The position numbers and the translations under genes are program-made. 64,000 nt of DNA, taken from positions 5,826 through 69,825 of IMG/VR virus record IMGVR_UViG_3300031754_000003. One strand, given 5' to 3'. The notes beneath the pieces are model-generated. The model saw only the letters and a program-made list of their open reading frames with translations. It was not told the origin of the DNA and searched no databases. Shown in pieces: positions 28,972 through 39,484 of the stretch. Position 1 is the first letter of the stretch. Every line of letters starts with the position of its first letter. This DNA comes from a virus.

Positions 28972-30323
28972 CAGCCACCTCCGGCCTTCAGGCAGTTGGC
29001 CGCTTCTTGATAAGCACCTTCCATGTCTGTCGCTTTTTGCAATTCGTCCTGTGTCGTAGAGAGTGCCGCGCGCTCCTCGGGAAGAAGCTGCGTTTGATCA
29101 ATACCAGCAAGCTCCTGCTCGGCAGCCGCAAGCTCAGGGAATTCGGTAAAGAGAGCAGTTCTTGCGGCTTCTTCCGGCGATATAGCGGGTTCGGCCTCGG
29201 CCATTTCTTTTTCTGCTTCTGGCTGCGCCCATCCCTCCGGCGGCTTTTCCACCTCCGGCACCGCAGGAGGTATCGGCGTCTTTGCAACATCGTCCTCTGC
29301 TACTCTCAGCGTGTCCTGGGCGATGCCTGGCGCATAGCCGGTCTCCGCGAGAGCCTTCTGACGCTCGGCGAATATCGGCAACGCGTCGGCGATCGTCGGC
29401 GGCAGAAACTCAAACCCCTCGATCGCCTCCGGCGTGCGCAGCTCGCGTCCCTGTGATGCGGCCCATGATGTCACCGGCGCCGATACTTCCGGCGGCACAG
29501 GAATAAACCCCGTGTCAACCGGCTTACCCTCGACGAGTTGGGTAGTCGCGGCACTCATCGCCGCATGCGTTTCGGTCGCCGGAAGACCGCGCATCCACCG
29601 CAGCGCCTCCAGCGGCAAGCCGATCGCGGTAGTGCCCAAGGCTGCCGCTAGCGGCGCTTGAAACAGCGTATCGTAAAGCGCCTGTCTCAGGCTGTAATCG
29701 GGATCAGCCGCAAGTTCCAGTCCCGAGATCGGAGCCTGCATCGTCGCACCAGCCGCGGCGCCAGAGATCCCGCGCGCAAGACTGCGCCCGAGAAAGCCAG
29801 TCAGCCCGAGTCGAGCTGCAATCGCTTCTTCCCCTAGAGCTGGGATGAACATAGTCGAGAGGTTCAGGGGATCGGCCATTCCCACGCCGATGTCCAACGC
29901 CACGTTCGTCGTCCATGCGTGTGCTTGGTTGAAGCGTTCGATCGCGCTATCGGCCGCGATCTTATCGGCTTTCTGTTGACCGAGAGTGCGCGCCAGGTCT
30001 ACGGGAATGGGCTTGTCTGACAGTGGTTTGTTATCTGGCGCATATTTCGCCGTCTCGGCTGGCTCAATCATCGGAGACGGAGGCGCCCGCAGGCTCTGCT
30101 CGGTGAGTCCAGCCTCTGGCTCAACGCCGGCCAGAAATGTTCGCATGAGCGTCGCCATCGGATCGTAGGCGGAGGCTTCGGCCGTCCGCTGGAGTAGCGC
30201 TGTCGGTTGATGGAAGAGCAGACCGGACGCAGCCTCGCCCAAAGTCGAAGGTGTCTGCGCGTATTTCTCGGCCGCCGATGCTTCTGGCTCGTCTTGTAAG
30301 GTTGAGAAGAGAAAATCGACCAT
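28971..30323 (-). CDS. internal virion (ejection) protein
   Basis: Position; MADPLNL motif and Gly/Ala hydrophobic stretches. Confidence 0.6.
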   Translation of the reverse strand: MVDFLFSTLQDEPEASAAEKYAQTPSTLGEAASGLLFHQPTALLQRTAEASAYDPMATLMRTFLAGVEPEAGLTEQSLRAPPSPMIEPAETAKYAPDNKPLSDKPIPVDLARTLGQQKADKIAADSAIERFNQAHAWTTNVALDIGVGMADPLNLSTMFIPALGEEAIAARLGLTGFLGRSLARGISGAAAGATMQAPISGLELAADPDYSLRQALYDTLFQAPLAAALGTTAIGLPLEALRWMRGLPATETHAAMSAATTQLVEGKPVDTGFIPVPPEVSAPVTSWAASQGRELRTPEAIEGFEFLPPTIADALPIFAERQKALAETGYAPGIAQDTLRVAEDDVAKTPIPPAVPEVEKPPEGWAQPEAEKEMAEAEPAISPEEAARTALFTEFPELAAAEQELAGIDQTQLLPEERAALSTTQDELQKATDMEGAYQEAANCLKAGGG

Positions 30324-33226
30324 TAGAACGGCGGCACAGGTGGTCCGGTCGGCGTCTCGGATGGAGTTGCCGCAGGCGCTGGCGTATTGAACGGGATCGA
30401 GACGCCCTTGCCATCCTTACCCAATACGCGCCGGCCGCCGTTGTCGATCAATTCGACTCCATCCCTTCCGTTTACCCACGTCGGATTCCCCTTGATCGCC
30501 TCAATGTAATCGGCCACTGAAGGTGCGCCGGGATGATCGCCGAACCCCGGAGGTACGCGCACGAAATCTGAACTCAACGTCTCAACCATCGCTGATGCTG
30601 CGCGCGTCACATTGTCAAATTGCGCGATAGGCACTCGCGCGCCGCCATTCCCCATGTAGCCATAGAGGCTAGTAAATGATCGTGCCGCCTTGTCGACTGC
30701 ATCGGCTTGGGGAAGTCCTTCGTGGACCATCAGCGAAAATGCCGTTGTGTTCACTGCGTGCAGGAATGAGTCCATCTCGGGAGCCGTGGCCCCACCTGTG
30801 CGCATCGAGGTCAGGAAGTCCTGCATTCCCGGTCCATTGCGTGTCGATTGAATCACCCCTGACGAGCCGGTCACTACTGGTGCTCCGAGGAGTGCTTCCC
30901 ACACCTGATTACCCTTCTTCGTTTCGTCACCCCGCTCATCGGCAAGCCCCTGGGTCAGCCGCATCGCCATGTGCGGCTCTATGATCCCCACGGCTTGGAA
31001 GGCGGTTGGCATTTTGCCGATGGTCACGAGATCATTCCATACATGCGGCCAGGCCGTGCCGTAACTTTCCTGCATCTGCCGCATCTTCTCTGGAGCCTGC
31101 GCAGGATCTGCCATCAAGCTTTGTACGATCCCTGGAGCCGCCGTCGTGCTTAGTACATGCTGAGCTGCCGGAGGCACCTGCAAACGATCCTCCTCCTCAA
31201 GGAGCGCCGAGGCGTACCGTTCGAATGCGGTCGGCTGGCCAGCAGAGCGTTCCTGAGCAGCGGAAGCCGCAGGCTCGTTGCTCGCCATCTGTCGCAACCG
31301 CTCAATCTCTGGATTAGCTCCGGACAGATATCCAGCAGGATCGGCACCGAGCGCCTTGAAATGCTGGTCGGACGCCTTGTCAAAGGCATCGGCCATGCGC
31401 TTCATCCTGATGTACTCACCGGGCGGCGCGTTCGCGAGTTGCGCGTGGTTTGCGGCTTGCTGTGTTAGTGCGTCAGAGAGTGACATGCCTTGCACCGCCG
31501 TCTTCTGCTGGCCCACGGCTTTCGCATCGGCAAGGAGGTCGATTGCGGTCTCGGCCTGATCGCTAGGTAACAGCGAACGGATCTGATTCTCGTCATAAGG
31601 AAAATCGCGGCCGTCCTCCAGCATAGGAATGCCGTTGCGGATCGATTGCTTGAGTTGCGCGCGGCTTGATGAAGTCGCCTGTTCCCAATGGGAGTAGAGC
31701 CGATTTACTTCTGTGTAGGCATGGGCATAGGCGTTATCCGACAAACCTTCCGGAATGCGGGCGATCAGTTCCTCGCGCGTCGGCGCATTAGCTAAGGCTG
31801 GCGGTTGCCCGGCGGATGCCAGCTGCGCGCCGGGGACGCGTGGCGCGGCCGTATCTGGAGCGCCGCCAGTGGAGAACCGCGATTCAACGCGAGCGTATCG
31901 TTGTTCCCAATTTTGAACGAACTGCGATGCAGGAGCGTTCGGATCACCAGCATTGTTACTTATGTTGACCGGCGGCACGAGTTGGCCCGCAGGCGTATTC
32001 GGATTATTGATCAGTTTCGTTGCGCCGCTGACGCCTTGCTGATGCGCAAGATATATCTCCGCATTCGTCGGCTCGCGCCCAAGGGATGTCGCTAGGTTTT
32101 GCTTAACCGTGGCTAACGTAGCCACTCCCTGCTTCACCTGGTCATCTAGCGATCCGATGCTCTCACGGGAACCGCCCGCAGCCGCGCGTTCATCTGGCCC
32201 GAGCTGGAAGATGCCTTGATGGCTCGGGGAGATCTTATTTTCGGCAGCAGATCCGTGACCGCTCTCAATCGCTGCGGTGGCGTTGGCCAGCTTCGGATCA
32301 ACGCCACCAGCCTGAGCCGCTTCCGATACCTGCTGCGGCGTGACCAATCCATGCGCTGGCGGTCCTACTGAGCCACCTCCAAGCCCGCCCCATGCTTGGA
32401 GCGCTGCGGCACGACCAGTGGCTTTATCATCGGCGGCATTCATCCGTCTACTGAAAGATTCAAAATTCCTGCCCGTCGATAATACAGCGAGATTGTCATG
32501 GAAAAGTTTCGCTGCCGCAGCCTGGGACTCGGGCGTATTACGACCCTCTAATGCGTTGATACGAGCCTCGGTAATATTGATCAAATTTTCGCGCTGTTCC
32601 CTATTAACTGCATCTGCATTGCCAGAAAGCCCTTGTAACTGTAATCGCTTGAAACTTCCTGCATTAGCTCTGCCTAATGCAAGATCTGCCGCGTCTTGAT
32701 TTTCGGGTCGTAATGCAGCGTCCGCGATTGATTGCGCAATTTGATCGCCATTGGTTTGAATGCCCCACGCCTGAGATTCCCTGTCGTAGTGCTGCCCGAT
32801 CTCCTGTTCGATGCGCGACTGGTAATATCGCGCTTCATTGTTGAACGCGATTTGGCTACGGCTTGTGTAAAGTTGTCCTGCGTGCTGCTCGGTGATCTCC
32901 CTGATCCGATCTAGTGTCGGCTGCTTAGCCTCCATGGCAGCTTGTCCGTGTAATCCATACAAGCCAACGGCTTCGGGTGAGCCGGGAGCGGCAGATGAAT
33001 CTCCGAACAGGAGTTTATTTGTCTCCTGCCGCCAAGATGTCACCGCCTGTTGTGCGGCGATCTCGCTATAGACATCGCTAGCCTGTAGAGCTTTCTGCCC
33101 GAGTTGCTCGCCAGCCTGCGCAACCTGTGCCCCAAATGCTCCAGGAGGTGCCTGGATGCGGAGATAATCTTCCGGCGGGGCACCCGCCGGCTGTACGTCC
33201 GGAACGCCCGTGTAAGGGACGCGCAT
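30323..33226 (-). CDS. internal virion protein with lytic transglycosylase (lysozyme-like) domain
   Basis: AAIESG...GIFQLG...EIYLAHQQGVSGA SLT-like motifs embedded in a helical protein. Confidence 0.75.
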   Translation of the reverse strand: MRVPYTGVPDVQPAGAPPEDYLRIQAPPGAFGAQVAQAGEQLGQKALQASDVYSEIAAQQAVTSWRQETNKLLFGDSSAAPGSPEAVGLYGLHGQAAMEAKQPTLDRIREITEQHAGQLYTSRSQIAFNNEARYYQSRIEQEIGQHYDRESQAWGIQTNGDQIAQSIADAALRPENQDAADLALGRANAGSFKRLQLQGLSGNADAVNREQRENLINITEARINALEGRNTPESQAAAAKLFHDNLAVLSTGRNFESFSRRMNAADDKATGRAAALQAWGGLGGGSVGPPAHGLVTPQQVSEAAQAGGVDPKLANATAAIESGHGSAAENKISPSHQGIFQLGPDERAAAGGSRESIGSLDDQVKQGVATLATVKQNLATSLGREPTNAEIYLAHQQGVSGATKLINNPNTPAGQLVPPVNISNNAGDPNAPASQFVQNWEQRYARVESRFSTGGAPDTAAPRVPGAQLASAGQPPALANAPTREELIARIPEGLSDNAYAHAYTEVNRLYSHWEQATSSSRAQLKQSIRNGIPMLEDGRDFPYDENQIRSLLPSDQAETAIDLLADAKAVGQQKTAVQGMSLSDALTQQAANHAQLANAPPGEYIRMKRMADAFDKASDQHFKALGADPAGYLSGANPEIERLRQMASNEPAASAAQERSAGQPTAFERYASALLEEEDRLQVPPAAQHVLSTTAAPGIVQSLMADPAQAPEKMRQMQESYGTAWPHVWNDLVTIGKMPTAFQAVGIIEPHMAMRLTQGLADERGDETKKGNQVWEALLGAPVVTGSSGVIQSTRNGPGMQDFLTSMRTGGATAPEMDSFLHAVNTTAFSLMVHEGLPQADAVDKAARSFTSLYGYMGNGGARVPIAQFDNVTRAASAMVETLSSDFVRVPPGFGDHPGAPSVADYIEAIKGNPTWVNGRDGVELIDNGGRRVLGKDGKGVSIPFNTPAPAATPSETPTGPPVPPF

Positions 33227-33784
33227 CTAGAAATCGGGGAGTGAATTCAGCGTGGCGGCCGATGGACCACTGCTGCCACTAGTCCCGACGCCAAGCGCCG
33301 ACGCGCCCGTCAAGAGACTCCCCATGCCTTTTAAGAACCCAGCCTGAATGTCTTGCCCAGCTTCTGCGGTCTTGAGTTGTGATTCCGCCTGATAGCTTGT
33401 CGCCTGCGTCCTATACCCATAGGCCTGCAAGGCTGCGCGCTGCCGAACCGTCTCGACATCCTCTTGACCGATCTCGGCTTGGCTTATCCTTACATCCGCG
33501 GCGGACCCGCTATTGACGTTGATGTTACCGGCCGCGATACCAGCCGTCACACCCTGCGCCTGCTGTCGCTCTCTGAGTCCCTGGATGAATGACTGCTGCT
33601 GCCCCGCAGCCGTTGCGTAATTCGCGTTTTGCCGAGCAATCGTCGCATTATTGGCCGCGACTTGAGCCTCATAAGATGCTTGTTTTGATGCGGCAATGCC
33701 GCTGCTGACTCCGCTGAGCGCGCTTATCGCTGCGCCGCCGATCGCCAAAAATGGCGCAGCCGCAGCCACAAACCCCACATTCAC
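33227..33784 (-). CDS. internal virion protein (T7 gp14-like)
   Basis: Hydrophobic Ala/Gly N-terminus, coiled region, GNINVNSGSA motif; position. Confidence 0.7.
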   Translation of the reverse strand: MNVGFVAAAAPFLAIGGAAISALSGVSSGIAASKQASYEAQVAANNATIARQNANYATAAGQQQSFIQGLRERQQAQGVTAGIAAGNINVNSGSAADVRISQAEIGQEDVETVRQRAALQAYGYRTQATSYQAESQLKTAEAGQDIQAGFLKGMGSLLTGASALGVGTSGSSGPSAATLNSLPDF

Positions 33785-34224
33785 TCCTTTCCTATGCTCA
33801 TACGACGATACCAGCCATTGCCGATTTTACACGGCTCTCCTGCAATTCGGAAGCCCAGCATCGTATAGAGTCGGAGAGCCTTGTGATGTGTCTCACCCAC
33901 ATCAACGATCAGCGAGCTTCGTATCCTCAGCCGCTCCCGGATTTGCTGATGCGCGGCTCGCACGAATGCGAGGGGAGCGCGCTCTACCGCCGCCGTCGTG
34001 AACATCCAAAGACGCCCCACGTCGTCAAGCAATTGGCTCTCGTCTCCACCGCACGCCGCTACATCTCCATCGATCAACATCGTCATCGGCTTATAGGATC
34101 GGCACCAAAGAGCGATAAGCGCATGGCGCGGCGCCCAACCGCAGGATTCCAACTCGGCGCGATCCTCGGGTTGCATATCCCGCGCAAGAGCTCGAAGGTG
34201 CGCTAAGGTGCATGGAAGGATCAC
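33781..34224 (-). CDS. T7 gp13-like / GNAT-fold virion assembly protein
   Basis: LARDMQPEDRAEL...WMFTT...ALRLYTMLGF; immediately after the nozzle gene. Confidence 0.7.
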   Translation of the reverse strand: MILPCTLAHLRALARDMQPEDRAELESCGWAPRHALIALWCRSYKPMTMLIDGDVAACGGDESQLLDDVGRLWMFTTAAVERAPLAFVRAAHQQIRERLRIRSSLIVDVGETHHKALRLYTMLGFRIAGEPCKIGNGWYRRMSIGKE

Positions 34225-37200
34225 GCCCGACGAGCCTGCGGTGGTTGATCCTGTCGCTGTCTCGGCTGAATTGTAGCTTCCGGGAGATCCCCTTCAAGCA
34301 GCTCAGGCACAAATGCCAACACTTGCAGAGGTTGAGGTAACGTCTGCTGGGCCGCAACCTGACCCGGCTTTTGCCAGGCGCTCGGAATAACAACCCGCAT
34401 ATCGCCTGTGAACAACGGCTGTACCATCATGGGTGTGGGGTTCATAAACGTTCCTGGACTCGGATAAGTCGGCGCTAACTGCGACTTCGGAATGCTCGCG
34501 AGGTTCGTCCATGTCGCGAATGTCGGCGGGGGAGCTTGCGCCGATGCATCAACCTGATTGGCTCCAGCCTGCATCGGCCCCGAAGTCTCGACTCGCACCG
34601 TGACCGCATTGACTGCTTTGCGCCGCCCTTGGATCGTCGGCTGGCCGGCATCGAGATAGACGCTCTGTACTTGCGCGGTGAAGCCCAAACCGAGTTTCAC
34701 ATTCGACGCAGGGAAAGGGAGATGGACAACCAGATTTTGGTTTATCGTTAGCGGGCCGATCGGAATCCCATCGGCGAGCCCAACAACCTGTTTCCCCTCA
34801 AAATCGAACGGCAGCGGGCCAACGCTCGTTAGCTGCGGCGCCAACGTCCAGTTTCCCGCCATCTGCCACATCGGCGTTCCGTTAGGGTCGTCCGGGATAA
34901 TCTGCTGACACGGATAGACCCACACTCCAGAGAGGGCTTGCGAGCTGACGTAGCCGGTGATCGCCGCGATCCCGCCGCCGAACCGCAGCGTCGACCCTAT
35001 ATCGCCGGGATTGAATACCGCCGCGGTTGCTGTAAAAATGACCGAGCCACCGCTTGTTGAGGCAAAGAGTGTTGCGTTGGGCTCCGGCAATACCGTCGCT
35101 ACACCACAATCCACACACCACGGATCTTCGCTCGACTCCCAGAGACGATTATCCATCCGCTCGATAAAGTAGCGTGTGCCACCTCGCGCGACCGGCCGCT
35201 CAACGCAGAGATAAAGAGCGTCTATCGGCAGTTCCGTTGTTGAGCAGAGCGCTCGTACAGCGCCTTGTGTCGTATGCTTAGCCCATGCGGCGACTTCCTG
35301 CTCTTCAAGGAACGTCATCGACAACAACACACCGTCATCTCGGACAGCCCAATAGAGATAATTGGGCTTCCGACACCATGCCGTATCTACGATTTGATGG
35401 TTCTGAGTCAGGTGCGATGATTGCCAGATTGTGTCGTTACCCGTGTAAAGATTGAACCAAATCTGGTAGGAGTATTTACGTAAGGTTGAGTTGTCAGGTT
35501 CCCATGCGAGCATGTTCCAATTGATGCGCTCAGGACGCAATGTGCTACTCGATCCATAACTCGATTGCGGCAACGCCTGTGCTGAGGTCGGCGTCAACGG
35601 CTGGGGGTTGAGTGCCGAGGCTCCCGAGGCTTGAACGGTCTGGATCGACGATCCGGTGAACGTGACCAAGCCGCCAGGCATTTCTAGCATCCACTGCACC
35701 CCGTTCACCTGCTCGGACCAGGGCGTTATCGTCAGCGCATCCGCATCCCCTACCGGGATCGATACGTCAAAATTGTTGAATGCCCCAGGCTGTGACCCCC
35801 ACATCGTATCGGGCTCATTGAGGCTGTCTGCAAATATCCTTCGTTGCTGGAAATAGTTCACAACCGAAGGATTGGTGCCGGTCTGCGGGCCGATCTTTAG
35901 AATGCCCGTAGCGCTGGTGCCATCTCCAAAAAACGAAATGGTATCGCCCGGTGAATAATTTCCTCCAGGATTGCTGATGAATCCCGCGACGATTTGATTA
36001 CTGGTGTTGATAATCGGCTGGATTACAGCACCTGAACCTGTCGATGTATTAATAACGGCATTCGCGACCGTCCAATCGTTTGATGAGCTAGTGATTATCA
36101 GGGACAAAATCTGTCCGTGCGCAAAAGGATTCCGATGCTGCGGAGGAGAGATCGAAAAGTCTGCCGTGATATTGCTATCAACGAATTGCGTACCTAGCGA
36201 CTCCCCAATCAATCCGAATAGAGAACCGATAGGAACCGGCAACGCGTTAGACGAATTGCCGGTGTTATATGAGGGCGGGGCGCGATAAATTTTAAATTGA
36301 ACGCTTCCAAGGCTAGCCCAGTTGATGACATTCGATCCGGCTGTTTCTGCGATATCAACACCATCGGTGATGTTTAATGGGACGCCGGTGTTGCTCTCCT
36401 CTCCCGTTGTCGGATCAATCGACGTAACGTTGTACGCATAGGCGCAAGGAAGCGTTGGCGGAGATAAACTGGAGTTTGGCCCGACTGTCGCATTCCCATA
36501 GAGCCCGAATGGCGTAGGCGCCGTCGTCCCGATCGCGAGCGGCGCGAATGACCAATTCGTCGTTCCAGACCGCGAGAGGTTTTGCGGCACATATTCCGTG
36601 CCGGTTATCTGATTGACACAGCAAAATGTCATCACATCGGCCGACTGCGCCCATTTCAAATACTGCAGATCGGTCATATGCAAGCCAGCAGACGCGGCGA
36701 AAGGTGTCGCGAAAGTGTAGATTCGAGCCGCCGTGCCGCCCCCTGTGTAAGCTGTGAAAGCCGTCGAGTCGACGGATATCCCGTCGAGGTCGGTGATCGT
36801 AAAATGCGTCGCAGTCGGGCTTGGCCCAACGATGTAAGTGTTCCCATTCAGAAGTGTCATGCCGCCGATCCCGGCCAATGCCACCCAATCTCCTGCAGCA
36901 AAGTCGTTGGCTGCCGTGATCTGTGCGGGGTTTGATTGACTTATCGCGGTAATGGTTACGGGGGCTTCAGTGACATACGCACCATTTGTGATGATCCGAC
37001 CATAGAAGTTGCCAAATTCTAGGCAATAATTCTGAAGCAAGCTGAAATTGAAATTCACCAGCCGCGGCGGTGGATCGCCTTCGAGGGGTGTCTGCCGCGA
37101 CATCCCCACGAAAGCGGTACCAGCACGAGAATAGGCTCCCCCTCGGAAATTCACATAGCAGTTGCGTAATGTCGCGGCGGCCGAATGCCATTTCGCGAGA

Positions 37201-37271
37201 TCAACCCTACCCCAGAGGGACGGAGAAATTTCTCCCCAACTAAACGCCGGATCGATGAGAGGGACGCTCAC
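34221..37271 (-). CDS. tail tubular protein B / nozzle
   Basis: FSWGEISPSLWGRVDL...NCYVNFRGGAYSRAGTAFV, PSVVNYFQQRRIFA, EQEVAAWAKHTT. Confidence 0.85.
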   Translation of the reverse strand: MSVPLIDPAFSWGEISPSLWGRVDLAKWHSAAATLRNCYVNFRGGAYSRAGTAFVGMSRQTPLEGDPPPRLVNFNFSLLQNYCLEFGNFYGRIITNGAYVTEAPVTITAISQSNPAQITAANDFAAGDWVALAGIGGMTLLNGNTYIVGPSPTATHFTITDLDGISVDSTAFTAYTGGGTAARIYTFATPFAASAGLHMTDLQYLKWAQSADVMTFCCVNQITGTEYVPQNLSRSGTTNWSFAPLAIGTTAPTPFGLYGNATVGPNSSLSPPTLPCAYAYNVTSIDPTTGEESNTGVPLNITDGVDIAETAGSNVINWASLGSVQFKIYRAPPSYNTGNSSNALPVPIGSLFGLIGESLGTQFVDSNITADFSISPPQHRNPFAHGQILSLIITSSSNDWTVANAVINTSTGSGAVIQPIINTSNQIVAGFISNPGGNYSPGDTISFFGDGTSATGILKIGPQTGTNPSVVNYFQQRRIFADSLNEPDTMWGSQPGAFNNFDVSIPVGDADALTITPWSEQVNGVQWMLEMPGGLVTFTGSSIQTVQASGASALNPQPLTPTSAQALPQSSYGSSSTLRPERINWNMLAWEPDNSTLRKYSYQIWFNLYTGNDTIWQSSHLTQNHQIVDTAWCRKPNYLYWAVRDDGVLLSMTFLEEQEVAAWAKHTTQGAVRALCSTTELPIDALYLCVERPVARGGTRYFIERMDNRLWESSEDPWCVDCGVATVLPEPNATLFASTSGGSVIFTATAAVFNPGDIGSTLRFGGGIAAITGYVSSQALSGVWVYPCQQIIPDDPNGTPMWQMAGNWTLAPQLTSVGPLPFDFEGKQVVGLADGIPIGPLTINQNLVVHLPFPASNVKLGLGFTAQVQSVYLDAGQPTIQGRRKAVNAVTVRVETSGPMQAGANQVDASAQAPPPTFATWTNLASIPKSQLAPTYPSPGTFMNPTPMMVQPLFTGDMRVVIPSAWQKPGQVAAQQTLPQPLQVLAFVPELLEGDLPEATIQPRQRQDQPPQARRA

Positions 37272-37274
37272 GAT

Positions 37275-38207
37275 CTAATAGACGCCGCCGCCTTGGCCGC
37301 CATAGCCAAAAGCTCCGTCCTCCCAGCCTAGCGCGAAATAACCGGCTCCCGAGCCATATCCCCCGCCCCAGCCGCCGTACCCATAGGCAGTGCGAGCCCT
37401 TAGCCAACTAGCCTCGTAGCTGGCAGTCTGCAGGAACCCGACTTCGTTGGCTGACGCCATCCGCGCCTTGCCGATAGCTAGTTCCGCCAGCGCTGTGCGT
37501 TGAGCAACGATGCCGGCGCGTTCCTTAGGGTCTGGGATTACGGTTGGAGCAAAGCGTATAGCAAGGACATCAACCATCGCTTGCGAGAAAAGCTCGTCCC
37601 AAGTCTCAATCTCCAATGCAAGCCGGGTATAGACCAGCCACGCATCGAAAACGTCCGTCAGGATAATTCTCCTGGTATTCGGGCCAACTCCTTCGATGTC
37701 ATCGAGATCGGGGATCTGATCCCATTGCTGCACTCCGATCTCTGTAGGGAATTGATCCGTTGATGACGACAGGAACCGCGCGGGCGTCTCCTCATGCCAA
37801 TGAGACGATGAGATGTTATCCGCGAACGGTGGAACCGGCGATTGGGTCAACGGAGGCGGAATAGTTAAATTCCCTGGAGGAAATCCTGGCGCGCTTTGCC
37901 GGTTCCAAGGCACCCAGCGTGGCCTCACACAATCGATGGGCCAAGCATAGGAAAACCGCCAAGGAGGTTCGACTAGCCCCGCACCAGGGAAGTCAGGAAC
38001 TTGATTGAGACGATCCCCGAGCAATTGCATCTTGCTGCGCTTGCGGGCGAACGACCAATGAGACATCCGAAGGAGTTGCCGCAACGTCTCCCCGTACCAA
38101 CGCCGGGCGAGTTCGCTCTCCGTGGTCCCATCTTCGAATGAACCGATGATCTTTCCTTGGCCGAGTTCATCCAACGCACGGTTCACCACGTCCGAAGGGA
38201 GCCTCAT
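37275..38207 (-). CDS. tail tubular protein A / adaptor paralog 3
   Basis: SDVVNRALDELG...IGSFEDG...WSFARKR...WRFSYAWPIDC. Confidence 0.75.
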   Translation of the reverse strand: MRLPSDVVNRALDELGQGKIIGSFEDGTTESELARRWYGETLRQLLRMSHWSFARKRSKMQLLGDRLNQVPDFPGAGLVEPPWRFSYAWPIDCVRPRWVPWNRQSAPGFPPGNLTIPPPLTQSPVPPFADNISSSHWHEETPARFLSSSTDQFPTEIGVQQWDQIPDLDDIEGVGPNTRRIILTDVFDAWLVYTRLALEIETWDELFSQAMVDVLAIRFAPTVIPDPKERAGIVAQRTALAELAIGKARMASANEVGFLQTASYEASWLRARTAYGYGGWGGGYGSGAGYFALGWEDGAFGYGGQGGGVY

Positions 38208-38909
38208 CTATCCCCTCCGCTTGTCTGCCATCGCAGCATCAACAGCGCTCTCTTGCGCCGCTGACTTCATCAAGTCGAGATTTTGCGAGAGCGGTACAGC
38301 GAGCTTTTCTTTGAGTGACGTGATCAAAACCCGCAAAAATGAGACATTCCATTGGGATGGATCAATAACCTGTGCGAGGTAGATCGCGATTGCATTGCGC
38401 ACATTCGCTAGGATCACCTTCGTCCCGGAGGCCAACGGGCCGCCCGAGCCACCGATCAATATGTTGTCTGCGCCCGTGAGTATCTGGCCACCGCCCGTCA
38501 GGATCTCACCACCGCCACCTAATGTGAAATCATTATCGATCCGCCATAGGGCTGGCTTCGGATCACGGTTCGGCAGCAGGAAAGGTTGCGGCACGATCGC
38601 ACGCAATTCTAATGCGTCCGATGGATAGCCGTACTCATAGAGCCAACCTGGCGGAGGATAGGTGGAGTTCCATGGAGTCTGCGGATTGTATCCACCTGGC
38701 GGCGGTGGACCTTTGAGAAGCGTCAGCGCAATTGAGCGCCTAGCGAAATCCCAATCCATCGAGCGGAGGAGTTCATCCCTGGTCTCGCCGTAGACTTCGA
38801 GGAAAGCCTTTGAAGCCTCGGAGCCGTCGTATGCTGAACCAATCCGGCGACGAACCCCCAACTCGCGGAGCACTTGGTTCCAGATATCTTCGACGCTCGG
38901 GACGGGCAT
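38208..38909 (-). CDS. tail tubular protein A / adaptor paralog 2
   Basis: EDIWNQVLRELG...IGSAYDG...WDFARRS...WLYEYGYPSDA. Confidence 0.75.
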   Translation of the reverse strand: MPVPSVEDIWNQVLRELGVRRRIGSAYDGSEASKAFLEVYGETRDELLRSMDWDFARRSIALTLLKGPPPPGGYNPQTPWNSTYPPPGWLYEYGYPSDALELRAIVPQPFLLPNRDPKPALWRIDNDFTLGGGGEILTGGGQILTGADNILIGGSGGPLASGTKVILANVRNAIAIYLAQVIDPSQWNVSFLRVLITSLKEKLAVPLSQNLDLMKSAAQESAVDAAMADKRRG

Positions 38910-39484
38910 TACACACTCCGCGCCACGCTTTCGTCACTCAGTTCCGCTAGCTGTTCATAGCGAGCCGCAGTCTCTAGCAACTCCTTAGCATAGTCCGGAC
39001 GCCCGGCAAGCGCCATGGCTAGCGGGTTGGCGAGCTGACGCACGACCGATTGTTCAAACACCGCGTCCCATTCATTCTCCGTTACCAACGATGTCGTGTA
39101 GACAAGCTCGGCGTTCGCCTGATTGGTCGCGATCAATTTCCCAGGATTCGCGAAGTAGACGAGACCGCGGATCGGGTAAGGATCGAAGATATTATACCGA
39201 CCGGATGGCGCTATCTGCCTCGCCCAGACGCAATCTCCGGGATAAACGTAAGCGTAGATCCACGGAGGCGGCACGGACGCGGGGGATACAGTAAGCGCTA
39301 CCGTAAAGCGCGCGAAATCTGGATTATTCTGGCGCAGCAACAACTGCACGGTCGGAGTGTAGAGAACAGTCGCTGCATTCGCCGCAGGCGGGAACGCCGA
39401 TGTTCCGTCGCCAAACGCCTCGATCTGGGTCTGGGAACCTATGAACTCCAGCGCTTGGTTAAACACGTCAATGGATGAGGTCAT
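38909..39484 (-). CDS. tail tubular protein A / adaptor paralog 1
   Basis: IDVFNQALEFIG...IEAFGDG...PDFARF...WIYAYVYPGDC. Confidence 0.75.
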   Translation of the reverse strand: MTSSIDVFNQALEFIGSQTQIEAFGDGTSAFPPAANAATVLYTPTVQLLLRQNNPDFARFTVALTVSPASVPPPWIYAYVYPGDCVWARQIAPSGRYNIFDPYPIRGLVYFANPGKLIATNQANAELVYTTSLVTENEWDAVFEQSVVRQLANPLAMALAGRPDYAKELLETAARYEQLAELSDESVARSV

